Source of the DNA: the human T2T-CHM13v2.0 reference genome, Homo sapiens | Reading direction: 5' to 3' (one strand) | Assembly (NCBI RefSeq): GCF_009914755.1 | Contig: NC_060944.1 | DNA length: 64,000 nucleotides | Shown: positions 44,993-59,109 of the stretch, piece by piece | Position numbering within the stretch: the stretch's first letter is position 1 | Layout of the letters: the number at the start of each line of letters is the position of its first letter | Made by a program: the position numbers and the translations under genes | The notes under the pieces: model-generated | Databases searched by the model: none | What the model saw: only the letters and a program-made list of their open reading frames with translations | What the model was told of the DNA's origin: nothing

Positions 44993-47085
44993 AATCAGGC
45001 CCTTTGGACATCCTGCTGACACTTGGGCCCCTTAACACCTTGGGCTGCTCAGACCCTCCAGATGAGGTCCAGCCCAGATCTGAGAGGAACCCTGGAAATG
45101 TGAAGTCTCTGTTGGTGTGGGAGAGATAGTGAGGGCCTGTCAAAGAAGGCAGGTAGCAGTCAGCATGACAGCTGCAAGAATGACCTCTGTCTGTTGAAGC
45201 CTTGGTATCTGAGAGGTCAGGAAGGGGACCTCTTTGAGGGTAATAACATAATTGGAACCATGCCACTCTTGAGCCACAATACCTGTCACCAGCCTGTTGT
45301 TTTAAGAGAGAAAAAAAATCAAGGATATCTGATTGGAGCAAACCACTTCTTTAGTCATCTGTCTTACCTCCCTGGGACAGCTGTTACCTTTGCAGTGTTG
45401 CCGAATCACAGCAGTTACCTTTGCAATGTTGCCGAATCACAGCAGTTCTGTTGGAGAAACGCTTGGTTTCCGGATCCAGAGCCACAGAAAGAAATGTAGG
45501 TGTGAAGTATTAGGCTGCTGTCAGGGAGAGGATGGCAGATGGAGGCATCAAGCACAAGGAAAATGCACAACCTGTGCCCTGTTATACACACGTTCATGTG
45601 CACCCAAGAACCTATGACTTTCTTCCAGTTCCTTCTACCAGGTCCCCATCCTGCTGCCAGCTCTCAACATAGCAGGCCATAGGACCCAGAGAAGAATCCC
45701 AGTGTTGCTCAAAGTCTAACCATCATAAAGACACTGCCTGTCTTCTAGGAATGACCAGGCACCCAGCTCCCACTGGACTCCAATTTTTTTTCCTGCCTTA
45801 TTTAGAATTCTTTGGCGGGAAGGGTATGATGGGTTCCCAGAGACAAGAAGCCCAACCTTCTGGCCTGGGCTGTGCTGATAGTGCTGAGGGAGATAGGAAT
45901 TTGCTGCTAAGATTTTTCTTTGGGGTGGAGTTTCCTCTGTGAGGGGCTTGCAGCTATCCTTCCTGTGTATACAAATACAGTATTTTCCATGGTTCTGCCT
46001 GCACTTACTTTGTAATGCCACGGTTGAGATTGAGAGAGATCAGTGCAGCCAGGCAAGGGAACTTTAAAGAATTATTAGGCCACCTTCTCCCTTTCCTGGA
46101 CCCCAGAGTCATTCCTCCATTTGGTTAAAATACTCAGTGCAGGGAACTCTTACATCCTGTCTCCTTCACTTGCAGCGTCCCCTGCTATGCCTCAGGTGAA
46201 CCACATAATTCTTGGGTTTCCGTTCCTACTTGCTAGTGATTTCTGAACATGTTCAATGGAGCGGCACACAGTCTAGACCCACTTCCGCATTGAAACCTTC
46301 ACTGTTCCTCTTTGGTTTCTTCAGAGCTTTCCCAAGAGAGCTGTCAGTTTTCAGCTGTCAGTAACACAAATGAGTTTATGGTAACACAAATGAGTTTTGC
46401 TATCTCTCTGAGAAGCTCATCTGACCTCCTGACTCTCAGCCCTACAGAGTAGGGAGTTGATGCTGACAGGATGAAGGTTTAGGAATAAATATGCCTGGGA
46501 AGAGACTGGGAAGGTTCTAGGGTGAGGCACCTCAGTAACTCATGGTACCTTGGCCAAGTTGGAAGGAAGCAGTTTGTTAATGAGGCACAGTAATCCTGGC
46601 TGCAGGGTCTAGGAGGTAAGACCAGCTGGGATGACCTTCCCTGGGTTAATCAATTTCCCTCTAGACAACACAAACTGCAGGCATGTGACTAACTTTGAAA
46701 GAACACCCATCATGTGGCTGCTGTCACCCTTGACCAGCTGTGGTGGTGGTTACTCCATCTGTGGTTGGAGCGCCTCTTTGGGATTCACTTCAAGGTCTTG
46801 TGCCTATTTTTCTGCATATCTTCTGTGATGACAAATCTCTGTCCCCTGAGTGTTAATTTGATTTTTAGAAATGGCCAAAAGTAACGTGATCCAAACTTTT
46901 TTTCAGTAATATGGAGACTGAGCTGCATGGTAGTTGGGGATCAAAAATATGTGACCTTAATGAGATTTTTATGATTTCTAAAGTAACAATAAAAGCAGTT
47001 TTTAGAGTTGAGTTCCAGAGAGGGCAGGGCAATGGCAGTGACATGTTTGTCATTTTAATAATAAATAACATCTATTGAGTGCTTA
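44993..47085 (+). other. SYS1: SYS1 3' UTR with two AATAAA signals
   Basis: AATAAA at 46988-46993 and 47060-47065; end approximate. Confidence 0.7.
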
Positions 47086-47473
47086 AGAGGTGTCCAGCAG
47101 TGTGGGCTGAGTGCTTTATGTCTCTTTTCAAAATCTTCACAAGAACCCTCTGAAGTAAGAAGTAACGTCATCTGTATCTTACAGATGAGGGAGCTGTAAG
47201 GAACTTACCCAAGGTGACTTTTTAGGAGCTGGCAGAGCCAGGATTTGGGCTCTAATAGTGATATTAATAAGCTCATTTTGAAGAGGTCAGTAGTTAGGGA
47301 TGTATAAGTTCTGACTGGCTAAACAGTCTGGTTAAATAGTTTATCACCTTATAATCATATCTTCTTGTCCTGTCAATTTTTTTAAATACCGAGGATGAAT
47401 AGTACTTTATAAACATTACTAGCTTTCTAAGAAAAGCTGATATGCAGTACATTAAATATAGCCAGAGATTTCC

Positions 47474-48095
<622 letters not shown>

Positions 48096-50559
48096 CATTG
48101 GCCAGAGATTTTCAGATGATCTTAGGAATGTGGGAAATCTATTTCCAAAGGATAAAGGAAGGTACCTAGATAAGAGAGTACTAGCCCACTACTGAGTTGG
48201 CATATCTCTTAACTCTCCAGGTGTCTGAAGTTGACCTCCCTTTTTCCCACCCACCACCTGAACTCTGGCCATTCAGAGAGAAAAGTGGAGACTCCTACAT
48301 AGCTGATGGTCAGAATAGTTTATAACCCTTAAAGGAGGACAGGAAAGGAAAAAGGGATGTCTGGCTCAGAGGGTACTTCTAACCCCTCGCTCTAGGCAGC
48401 CCTGTCCATATCAGTGCCAAATGAGAGCCACGATGGCAGCCAGCAGACATCAGGGGGTACAATGGGAAGCTCCAGGACTCCCAGCATCCTGGAGGGTACA
48501 CAGCTCAAACAGTCTCCCCTGGACAGGAATCCCCTTGGACTCCTTCCTCAGCAACTCCCAGGTCAGAGTAGCTTCCTTCTGCCAGCCCCAGAAGGCAGTC
48601 AGTGCACAGGTATGCAACACCTCCTTGTACCGGCAGCCCAGGGACCACGGAGTCTCAGAGGTAGGGCCCTGGGGACCTAGGGCAGAGGAGTAGGGATGGA
48701 ATCAAGGTACAAGAGAACTCCTCTGTGGAGAGATTAAAAACCACTGTCTTAAGGTTTTCTGTTGTAAAGTAATAAAGGGTGGTAGAAATAGCATTGAGGC
48801 AGGAGGGAGTAGAGGGAGCTGAGGGTTTTAATCCCTGCCCTGCCGCTACCTGGGCAAGTCACAGTCCTAGGTCCAATTCTGGAAGGCTTTAGAGAGCTGC
48901 AGTGGAGTGCAAAGTCCTGGAGTCCCATTACTAGCTGTGAGATCTTGGGTAAGCTATGTTACCTCCCTTACCTAGATTTCCTCATATGTAAAATGAGGGT
49001 AATAATGGTACTTATTTCCCTGGGTTTTGTTTTGTCTTGTTTTGTTTTGTTTTCTGGTAGGTCAACACTTACTTCTTTAAAATGGAAAAAGTGTTCCCTC
49101 CCTGGTTTTATTGTGAAGATGCAATAAGATGTCACGTGTAAAGCGCCTAGCCCAGCCCCTGGCACGTAGGAAGTGATCCATAATTCTAGACAATTATTAG
49201 GCTACCGTCCCCCCTATCCATTTTACAGAACAGGGACATTTTTCTTCTGAGCCTGTGTTTTCAAATGTTGGGGGATAGGCTTGCCAGTCCTCTAGGTACC
49301 ACTACCAAGTATTGAGCTCCTATCTGGCATGTACTGCAAAGTGATTTATGTGTATTCTTACTCAGTCCAATAAGGTAAGCACTACTATTTCCCCCATTTT
49401 GCAGACAAAGAAACAGAGGATTGGGAGTAAACAACTTTTTCCCCATTACAAAGTTGGTAAGAAGCTAGGCCTGTCTGCCTCATCTGCTTTTCACGTTCCA
49501 GTTATGTTTATGTGTGATCCAGACAATTGTGAGACGGACAGTCTTAGGGATCTAAATGCCATATTAGCAAAAGGTTGTGAATGTAAACGTACGTTTGGCT
49601 TGTTAACAAGCAGCTAGTTCCATAAAGGTGAGTAGTTAGGTAGCTGCTGATAAGTGAGAAATGGAGCCGGGACTGACTGGCCACAGGGCTTTATTATGAT
49701 GGCCGTGGTGTGGCGTGGGAAAAGGCCAAACATTTGTTCAATGCCCCACAAACTGGCTTCTCCTACATCAAGCTTGATTTGCTTAAACCCCCCTGAAACA
49801 GACATTAGTATCACTATTTTATAAACATGAAATAGGCTCAGAGAGGTCATGTGACTTCTAAAAAGTCACTCAATATAAAATCAGATTCAAACACTTCAAT
49901 TTTTTCCCAGTTAACTGTTAAGCAGCCATTTCTAGGGTGGCCTCCTCCCCAAATCTGTGTTACTGGGCCCAGAGGAGGAGCTTTAGGTTGAAATGGTTAA
50001 ACAAAGAGAGGGTGGTAGTGGGGAGACCCTGGTTGTGGAATTGTGGGAGGCAGGTGGCCAGAGGCCTAAGTGCCGGGGCAGGTGGGATGAGGTGGAAGGA
50101 TGTACTGCTGGGATTCCCTCACTCCCAGACCTGCCCCTTGCTGCCCTGGCCATGCTGGGTCCCCGCCTTCGTATACAGCCCTCCCATATATTCAGTGGCG
50201 TTCCCAGTGGGCAACTGGGGCCCAACTCCGGCTCTCTGGAGCAAAGTGGAAGTTGCCAGTCTCACTCAGGCCCAACCCAATCCAGCCTCCACTTGGGGCT
50301 CCCTGGGCAGGCCCCCACGAAGGCTAGTGCAAGGGAGCTCCCCAGAAAGGGTCAGATTTTTTAGCTGGGAGGGCGCTGTCTTGACTGCCCGCTGACAGCG
50401 CACTCAGGACAGAAGTTCACGCAAAGGTTGATGGAATGGAAGAGTGAGTAGAGATTATTTTCGAAAGTTGATGGGATTGAAAATACCCAGCAAGGGAACT
50501 GCAAGGGAGACTGTTCAGGAAATGGGCTGGAGTGCAAGCTGGGTGGGAAGACCGCTGAA

Positions 50560-51960
50560 AGTGGTTACTGGGGTGGAATTTGCACGGGAATTAGCGGGGT
50601 GGTGGGGGCGGAGGTAGGCACCGACCGTAGGGGAGCTCCAGGAAGATTGCGCTGGGAGCAGGAGCTCGGGAGCACGCAGCAGCCACTATGAGGTGCTAAG
50701 CAGTCCCCGCGCTGTGGCTCCGCCCAGGCTGGTCCGCGCGGCAGCTGATGCCCAGTCTTGGTGCCCAGTAATGGTGGGGAGGAGTGTGTGAGTGGGCGGG
50801 GTGGGAGGGGGGGAGAGTCCATCCAATCGTTCTCCCTCTGTCCCAAACTGGAGATCTATCTGCATCGCTGCCCTGACCCCCAATCCCGGAGAGCTCTGTG
50901 CCCCTCGATGGCTCCACTGCTCTCCCGAGGGCGCCCACTCCATGCAGCCTGCCTCTGGGGAATATGGAGGTCTTCGTCCGGAGAAAACTCGGGCTCCCTT
51001 GGCTTTCCTCTCCCCAACGGCATGGTTAGGACCCTGTGACTCCTACCGACAGAGGGTGACCCCGGCCAGATGGGGTCGACCAGGGCTTGGGGTTGAGGTC
51101 TTCAGATTGAGGGTGGACCTGCCATGTCACCCTGGAGCAGTAGAGATGCAGTACCAGCTCCCCCTCCTGATCCGGTGCCTTCTGTGATCTGTGACCAAGG
51201 CAGGACACATTTGGAGGCCCAGCTGACATCCACTTTTTGACACCAGCCACAGTGCAATCAGTTTTTGACAATCAATTTTTGACAATCAGGTCGCAATGCA
51301 CGCGCATGACCTACAGGGTGCTGGGGCTATTCCGCCTGCCTCGTGACTTCTGAGCAGGCTCTCATTTCGCCTTTTCCCTTTCTTGGGAAAATGGAATGGG
51401 GAGCAACCAGGAGCCCTTGCTCCTGCCACTTTCTAGCTGAGTGAGCCTGGGCAAGTTACTTGCTGCCTCCGCGCCGCGGTTTCCTCTTGCGAGCTCGCGG
51501 GGCGATTGTGAGGCACTTTGCACCCAGGAAGCACACGAGCGCCCTGACTTCACAGAGCGCGCCACTCAGGAGACTAGCTCGCGGAGGTGGGGGAGGGGTG
51601 CTGCTCGCTGGCTTCTTTGGTTCTAGACTGACCTTAGGGGCCTCGGGGTGGGGGTGGGGGAAGCCTGAAGTCGCGACACAGGCTCCCTCTACCGAAGGCC
51701 TCTTTCCTTCATCCTTCCCAGCCCCAGACAAACAGGCAGAGTAAGCAGTATTCGTCTTAGGTGCCATATGGAAGATCTTATTTGTAGACTCGTGAATTTC
51801 GCCACCCATTCCTCCCCTTCAGCTGATGGCGCGATCTCCACCCTCTGCTCGCACCTCTGGCTCTCGTCCAGGTCACATCAACCTGCCAGCAGAAAGCTCG
51901 GTGTTAGGCGCTAAGACTGTCCCCAGGGGGCGCTGGTCGTTTGGGGAGCGGGCGCAGGGA
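50560..51960. promoter_or_regulatory. CpG-rich region at the TP53TG5 3' end
   Basis: Elevated CpG density in non-Alu sequence; GC boxes; CTCF-like CCCCAGGGGGCGCT at 51921-51934. Confidence 0.6.
51778..51882 (-). CDS. TP53TG5: TP53-target gene 5 protein, exon 5
   Basis: VDVTWTRARGASRGWRSRHQLKGRNGWRNSRVYK*; AG at 51883-51884; TAA at 51778-51780. Confidence 0.95.
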   Translation of the reverse strand, partial: VDVTWTRARGASRGWRSRHQLKGRNGWRNSRVYK

Positions 51961-52139
51961 CAAGGGTGCTGTGGTGTCTGGTAGGTTGGAAATGCCTTTG
52001 CTAAAAAGGAAAAGCCTCCCTTTAAGCTAGACCCGGTGGGCACTCACCCCCTTCCTTTCGTGGGACTTTCATTCTCCCACGAAAGGGCTGCGGTATTTTC
52101 TTCTTTTTTTGCTAAGGAACTTTCTGCTCAGAGTAAATC

Positions 52140-52442
52140 TTTTTTTCCTTTCTTTTTTTTTAAGACAGGGTCTTGCTCTCTTGCCCAGGCTGGAGTGCAG
52201 TGGCGAAGTCACAGCTCACTGCAGCCTCGACTCCTGGGCTTAAGCGATCCTCCGACCTCAGCCTCCTGAGTAGCTGATACTACAAGCGCAAGGCACCACA
52301 TCTGGCTAATTTTTAAATTTTTTGTAGAGACAGTGTCTCATTATGTTGCCCAGGATGGTCTTGAACTCCTGGCCTCAAGCAGTCTTCCTGCCTCGACCTC
52401 CCAAGGTGCTGGGATTACAGGCGTGAGCCACCATGCCTAGCC
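52140..52442 (-). mobile_element. AluJ-like element
   Basis: Alu consensus; TSD TCAGAGTAAATCTT. Confidence 0.95.
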
Positions 52443-52909
52443 TGTTCAGAGTAAATCTTATTTGAGGCATGAATCAATCAAACATAAATAGAGAGTTGAA
52501 TTGATCTTAGAGGGAATGGGATGCAGCAAAGCCCTACTTGACCATCTCCCCCCTCCCACATTTGGAAATCCTTAAACCCACTTATGTAGGCCTCTGACTG
52601 TGAGATTCAGAGCCACAGCAGTTTCCACCTCTGCTAAGGCCTTCAGGCAGTGAGATGGCTCACTTCAGTGCCCCTCCTTCCACACATCTCCTAGCTGTAT
52701 CCTGAGACGCCTCAACCTAGTCACTACCCTTCTGTATGATGTTGGTCTAAGGCTTCCCCCTCTCTGGACATGAAGGCGGAGCCTCCCAGCACTACCAGCC
52801 ACACACCACTCAAGACTCCAGATCCTGAACCCTGACTCTGGGGCCCAGCTCTGGGCCTGGCTTGGGGCTTGCATCTCACCTAGCCTGGCAGTGTTGTTGT
52901 CACACCCAC

Positions 52910-53420
52910 CTTGTATGGATGCCACATAGGCATTTCAAGTGATGCGGAGCAGAAGCGGGTGCAGCGGCGCTTGACCCAACGCAGGGTGGAGGATCTGCAC
53001 ATCACCCTGGGCGCCGGGAGGTGGATTCGTGTGGGCAGCCCCTCAAACCAGATCCACTGGTCGGCTACATCCAGCTGCTTCATGTGCCCCATGGGAGTTC
53101 TATTGCGGTAGGGCTTAATGAAGATGACTCGGGGGCCCTCGGTGAGTGGTTGCCTCCCCTGGACTCCAGGGTTCAAGCTATCATCCCTCGATGTCCTTGG
53201 AACCTCAGGCTCTATATGCTTTTCTTTCCGTGGCATTGCCGCCAATGACGTTTTCTCCTTGTTCCTCATCCCTGACTGCACCTGGGACTTCCACTCCTTG
53301 TACTCTTTTTTCTTAGGGTCCCCTGTGGACTCTAATTTCTTGGACTTGAGTTCCTTCTCGGAGCACCCGATCTCCTGGAACTCTTCATTTTGTTTTGTTT
53401 TATTGCAGGCACTGTTTTCC
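52910..53420 (-). CDS. TP53TG5: TP53TG5 exon 4
   Basis: 511 nt encoding (G)ENSACNKTKQNEEFQ...EMPMWHPYK; AG at 53421-53422; GTGGGT donor. Confidence 0.96.
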
Positions 53421-54329
53421 CTGGCAGGGAGAGGAAAGGCAGTCAGCACAGCAGGACCGAGGCCCTGGTTCCCGAGACAGTTGCTATGTAGCCAGCTCAG
53501 GGGAGCCTGTTAAGAAAGGCTAGAGGGGCCTGCAAAGAAACTTCTCTACTGCCCAGAGGCCTTGTGCTGGTGTGAGGAGGTGTGATGAGCACTAGCAGAG
53601 GGATGTGAGAGATTGGGAAGGTGAAAGCCATGACTAGTAGTTAAGGCCCCTAAGAATGAATATTGTCTACATCATCTGCCACTAGATTAGGGTTCTGTCT
53701 CTCTGGACTTCAGCTGGGAGGGTGAACAGTCCAGTAGTTTTTCTAAATTGTGCTCCAAGAACCTTAGGGTTCTGAGGAGGTGTCTCAATGTCACCTCCCC
53801 TGACCCACTGGGGCAGGATACCTCTCCCCAGCTCATAACAACACAATTGGGGCTTGGAGATAGATATTTGAACAGAGGTTTCACTGCTTTAATAAAGTTG
53901 GAAAACTGTTCAAGACCAGCCTGGGCAACATGGTGAGACTCTGTCTCCATACAAAAAAAAAATTTTTAAGTTGGAAAATGATGGGGCTAGATGATCCTGA
54001 TCCTCCTAGCTCTATGTTTCCTGATTGCCTGCGACTAGAGGCCAAATCAGAAAGAGGAGCCCAGAAAGGTGGCCTTGACAGAAATATTAAATGCTGAGAC
54101 TTTCCCAAAGGGTGTCTGTAACAGACTGGGCCCCCTGCAAACCCCCAGTGGCAACACCATCCTAGCCAAGGGCGTGGAGAGAGATGAGGCCTTGGGCTGC
54201 AGATAATGGCAATACTGTGATGATAATAATGGCTCCCGCTGATTGAGTCCTCGCTCTATGCCAGACTCGGGACCCTTACAACTTGGGATCCTTACTATTT
54301 CTGTGAAGTAGAAGGCAGTGAAACAGAGT

Positions 54330-54570
54330 GGCTTACAGAGCACAGGTGTTGGATTCAGACAAACGGGCTCAGATTCTGCTTCTGCCTCTTACCACCTGTG
54401 TGATTTGGGCAAGATATTTAACCTCTCAGAGCCTTAGCTTCCTTATCTGTAAAACTAGGATAATTCTGTCTACCTAACAGGATTGTTGTGAAGAATAAAC
54501 TAAATGGGAAAATTCTTAAGTGCTTAACACTGTAGGATGGTACTTAGCAGGCACCAATCAATGTTAGCTT
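54330..54570 (+). mobile_element. MIR
   Basis: TGTGTGATTTGGGCAAGATATTTAACCTCTCAGAGCCTTAGCTTCCTTATCTGTAAAA. Confidence 0.8.
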
Positions 54571-55080
54571 TCTTAATACTGTCATGTGACTTATGAGGAA
54601 ACGGTTTGAACTTGTCTCGGAGGCATGGTAAAAAAAAAATAAAAATAAAAATAAATTAATAAAGAAACCAAGCCTCAGCAAGATTAATCTTCAGATTTCA
54701 GGGGTCAGTCTGCAGGTGACTCTCTGGGTTATATTGACTTGCAGGGGAGGAGGAGGAGGAGTAACCTGTCTGTCTCAGTGCCCCAGGGTGAAGTGAGCGC
54801 CACAACTGGATGATTACAACCATTGTTATGGCCACAGCTCTAATATCAGACAGGAATGGCTTCACATCCTAGCTCTGCCACTTATCAGTTGAGTTAACTG
54901 AATGAGACAAGTCACTTCACCTCTTCAGCCTCAGCTCTCCAGCAGTAAAATAGAGTTAATAAATACCTCTCTCACAGAGGCTTTGTGAAAATTAGACTTG
55001 TTCTCTAAATGCCTTAGCACAATGCCTGTTCCCAGAAAGACGGCATTTGGGTCCATTATGGGGGCCAGGCCCCAGCTTAC

Positions 55081-55211
55081 CCAGAGGAGATGCGGAGAAT
55101 CTTTGGAACACTGAGCAGTGAATGCCAACACCTTTTGGCCAGCTTATGCAGTTCTTGGATCCGGCGGTTTGAGCTCTTGAGTAGCTTCAAGAGCGACAAG
55201 TTTTTTAACAC
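55081..55211 (-). CDS. TP53TG5: TP53TG5 exon 3
   Basis: 131 nt encoding VLKNLSLLKLLKSSNRRIQELHKLAKRCWHSLLSVPKILRISS(G); AG acceptor; GTAAGC donor. Confidence 0.96.
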
Positions 55212-55407
55212 CTGCCAGGGTCAAGAAACCAGGTAAATAGAAGCTTCAGCTTTCCTGGACAGCCTCCCTCTCCCCTGCCTGCCTCTGGCTCCGCTCAGCC
55301 AAGGGCGGGCCTGCTGGCTCCCCTGGGCCACTCAGCCTGGCAACCAGGGGCAGTACTGCATGAGTATATGAGCTTCCCCAAGCTGGGGCCAAAACAGGGC
55401 GTCTCAC

Positions 55408-55482
55408 CGTTCTCAGACGGTTCCGCTCAATTACTTTGCTCACAGGCTGCTCTGTCTCGTCCCGCAGTTTCTCATCTTGCAT
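55408..55482 (-). CDS. TP53TG5: TP53TG5 exon 2
   Basis: 75 nt encoding MQDEKLRDETEQPVSKVIERNRLRT; AG acceptor; GTGAGA donor. Confidence 0.96.
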
Positions 55483-55524
55483 CTGAGGGACAGAGGATAA
55501 GAGAGACATAAACCCAGAGGAATC

Positions 55525-55839
<315 letters not shown>

Positions 55840-56057
55840 TCATTTGGCTGAGCATGGTTTGACCAATCCTAGGCTGGGAGTTTTGTCATCTTGGTCTGGG
55901 GACAGAACTGGGAGACCATTTTAACTCTCCTGACCTCCCTTCACCCTTCACCTTTTCCTTTTCTCCCATGCTGGAAAGCCCCTTTCCTTGGCATGGTGGA
56001 TTCTTTGTTAAGGTCCCCTCTAGGGACTCACCCCCAGGGTCTAGTCCCAAGTCTGAC

Positions 56058-56105
56058 CTTGGAAACCCTGCTGTTCTTGGGCCTCTTCTTTGCTGATGGA
56101 CTCAT
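56058..56105 (-). CDS. TP53TG5: TP53TG5 exon 1 coding part
   Basis: MSPSAKKRPKNSRVSK (NLS-like basic patch); GTCAGA donor. Total CDS 870 nt, 289 aa. Confidence 0.93.
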
Positions 56106-56236
56106 GCTGGGGCTGTGAGACCTCAGAGATGAATGGAGCAACACCAGTGCCAGGCACCAACCCTGTTCCTCTCAGTTCAGCCAGCACTCAGGCTGGGCAT
56201 CAGATGGTGGTGCTGGCTCTGTACCACCTGCAGCTG

Positions 56237-56244
56237 TGACATCA
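56237..56244. promoter_or_regulatory. TP53TG5: CRE-like TGACATCA upstream of TP53TG5
   Basis: One-mismatch CRE about 130 nt upstream of the ATG in a CpG-poor promoter; motif match only. Confidence 0.35.
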
Positions 56245-56517
56245 CTGAAATGTGACAGTAGCAGGGCTGGGTCTCCAAGGAGTGTATGTGGCAGAGGTGA
56301 GGGGTAGAGGGTGAGAAAGAAATATAGACAATAGGCGACAGACAGCTGTGTGCATTGTCACAACCTCCCTGTGGGGTAAGAGGATTATCCCCTCTTTTTA
56401 AATGAGGAAGCCAGGGTTCAAAGAGGTTGAATAATCTACTCAAGGCCACACTAGATCTAGCCCAGCTAGATCATAGTGGGCTGGAAACCTAACCAAGGTC
56501 TGATAGTCAACCCATGA

Positions 56518-56912
<395 letters not shown>

Positions 56913-56999
56913 CTTGCCAGGTGCTTTTTCTAAGTGCTAGAATAACAGAAAATTCTTGCCCTCAAGCTTACATTCTAGTGGAGGGGAAACAGTGTGTGT

Positions 57000-57742
57000 A
57001 CTTGTAAATGTTTAATAATTGGCTCTCTGAAGCAAAATGTATATGTGTTTGTATTATAAATTTTACTGATAGAAATCAACAAATAATAGAATCCTATAAT
57101 ACTCTTTATTGTAACTTCTATTAGTGAGTTGCTTCTTATAGTATGCTTTTCTTGGATTTTGCCTAACCCCTCCATTTATAGCCAACCTATGGTTGTAATG
57201 GATAAACAAGTATAATACCAACATTAATGTTTGTATTTTCATTTACACTAAACAGTAAGAAGAAGGTGAAAAAGTGAAACAACAGAGATATTGAAATTTA
57301 ACTCATTTATCAATGATTTCATTGACCTATTTGCTGAATTAGACCATAGTTTTTGAATACTGGAGGTATATTTCTCAGATTCTTTTTGTTATTTACAATC
57401 GAATAGCTATGGGCAGGACACTTGCTTATGTTTTCTCTTTTTTTGTTGTTTTTGGGGGGTCTTTTTTCAGATCTACATATGATTCATATATGATATATTT
57501 CTACTCTACAGATATACAGATATAAAGAATCCTAAGAACATAGATAATAGTAAAACGTAGTAAAAAATAGAAAGTGACAAGTTTAAGCATTTTTCACCCT
57601 ATGTTAATATCACTTATTTAATTGGAAGTTGCTCTCAATTACATTTTAATGATGGCCATGCCTAACAACCAGCCTGCAGAATTCCTAGAAGTGTAACAGT
57701 AGACTTGTGAGCCCTTATGAGTTAGCCCCAGCACGCCAATGC
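57000..57742. mobile_element. MER63-like hAT relic
   Basis: GTAAATGTTTAATAATTGGCTCTC start and ...CCAGCACGCCAATG end; shares segments with 28570-29594. Confidence 0.55.
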
Positions 57743-59109
57743 TACGTCAGATGGAAATAAGTGCCTGGAGAACAGCAACCAGGGTAAAGGGAACAGGGAG
57801 GGCAGAGGTAGAGGGTTTGGTATATTAAAAAGGTGGTCTAGGAAAGATTCACCAATAAGATGAGATTTGAGCAGACACCTGAGAGAGAGAGGGAAGAGGA
57901 GAATGAATGGTGGTGGGAGAAGATGAGGCAGAGAGGGAGTCGTGGTGGGTTAGGCAGATCACAACAGGCTGTAAAGGGCGCTGGCTGCCCTGAATCCCTG
58001 GTGCCCAGCTGGCTGCATCAGAATAGTATGAAGAGCTTGTGAAAAACATTTTTGTGGGCACCACCCCATTCAGCAGGCCAGTCAGATAACCAATCAAATG
58101 TGGGACCCACTCCACACCATTCCACTTCTAGTGGGGAGAGATGTACATGCACGGGGGGTGGGTGCTTAGCTCTGAACGGAGGGGTGAGGGGCCAACCCTA
58201 CCTAGGCTGTGGGACAGCTTCTCACATATAAATATCCTTTCTTATTCAAGTGAAGGTTAGGTAGTGGGTTAAACTGCTGCTGTGGCCTAGGAAAGAAAGC
58301 AATGTGGTAATTTGGCAAGGAAGACACAGAGGGTGCACCCTCTCTCTCTCCTGTCTACCCCCATACTCCTTGGCTGCTCTGCCTGCTCAGACATACCCCT
58401 CCTTGCACACAATTTCAGCTCTGATCAACTGGACTTCACTGAACAATGCTGCTCTGAGGCCCTGGTGCCTGGTGGGCTGTATCAGAATCACCTATACTCA
58501 CTACTCAACTCCTGAGCTTCCAGGGCTGGGGAATCACTGTGTGCTAGGCACTAAGGGACAGCAACATTATAGGCAGAGCATGCCTCTGAGTTCACAGGCC
58601 AAGGGGATAGGTACCCCAGAAGGTAGACTCCTCAAGGGCAGGGATTTGTGTCCGTTTTATTCATTGATAAGCCACCAGATCCTAGAACAGTGCCTGGTGG
58701 ACAATGGGTGCCCAAAAAGTATTTTTTGAAAAATGAAATAAATAGCATGATACGGGTAATACTGAGGGTTGTAGGAGCACAGAGGTGGAGCCTCCCAACC
58801 CAGCCTGAGGATGTCAGGGGATCTTCCTAGAGATGGTGAGGAGGAATGAAGGATGAGTAGATGTTGGCCAAGCATAGCGGTATGGGGCAGGTCGAGGGAG
58901 GTGGGCAGAGCATTCTCAAAAGAGGGAACTTAAAGAATATGAGTGTGGAATGGAATTATGTTGTACATTGGATGTTGCTAGATTAGAAAGCAGTAGCCAA
59001 GAGTGGCAGGGGTGAAAACTGGAGAAGTGGGTAAAGAGACCTACCCAATGACACACAGCTGGTAAGCCTTGTGGACTAAATCCAAGACTCTTGAATGAAA
59101 ACCTCCACT

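Noticed and set aside
45378-45447. CRISPR-like 31-bp repeats
   Set aside because: Head-to-tail duplication without spacers in a eukaryotic UTR; no cas genes.
49937-51187. ORFs of 120-150 aa between SYS1 and TP53TG5
   Set aside because: Mostly non-ATG starts or low-complexity GC-rich frames, with no recognisable homology or splice support.
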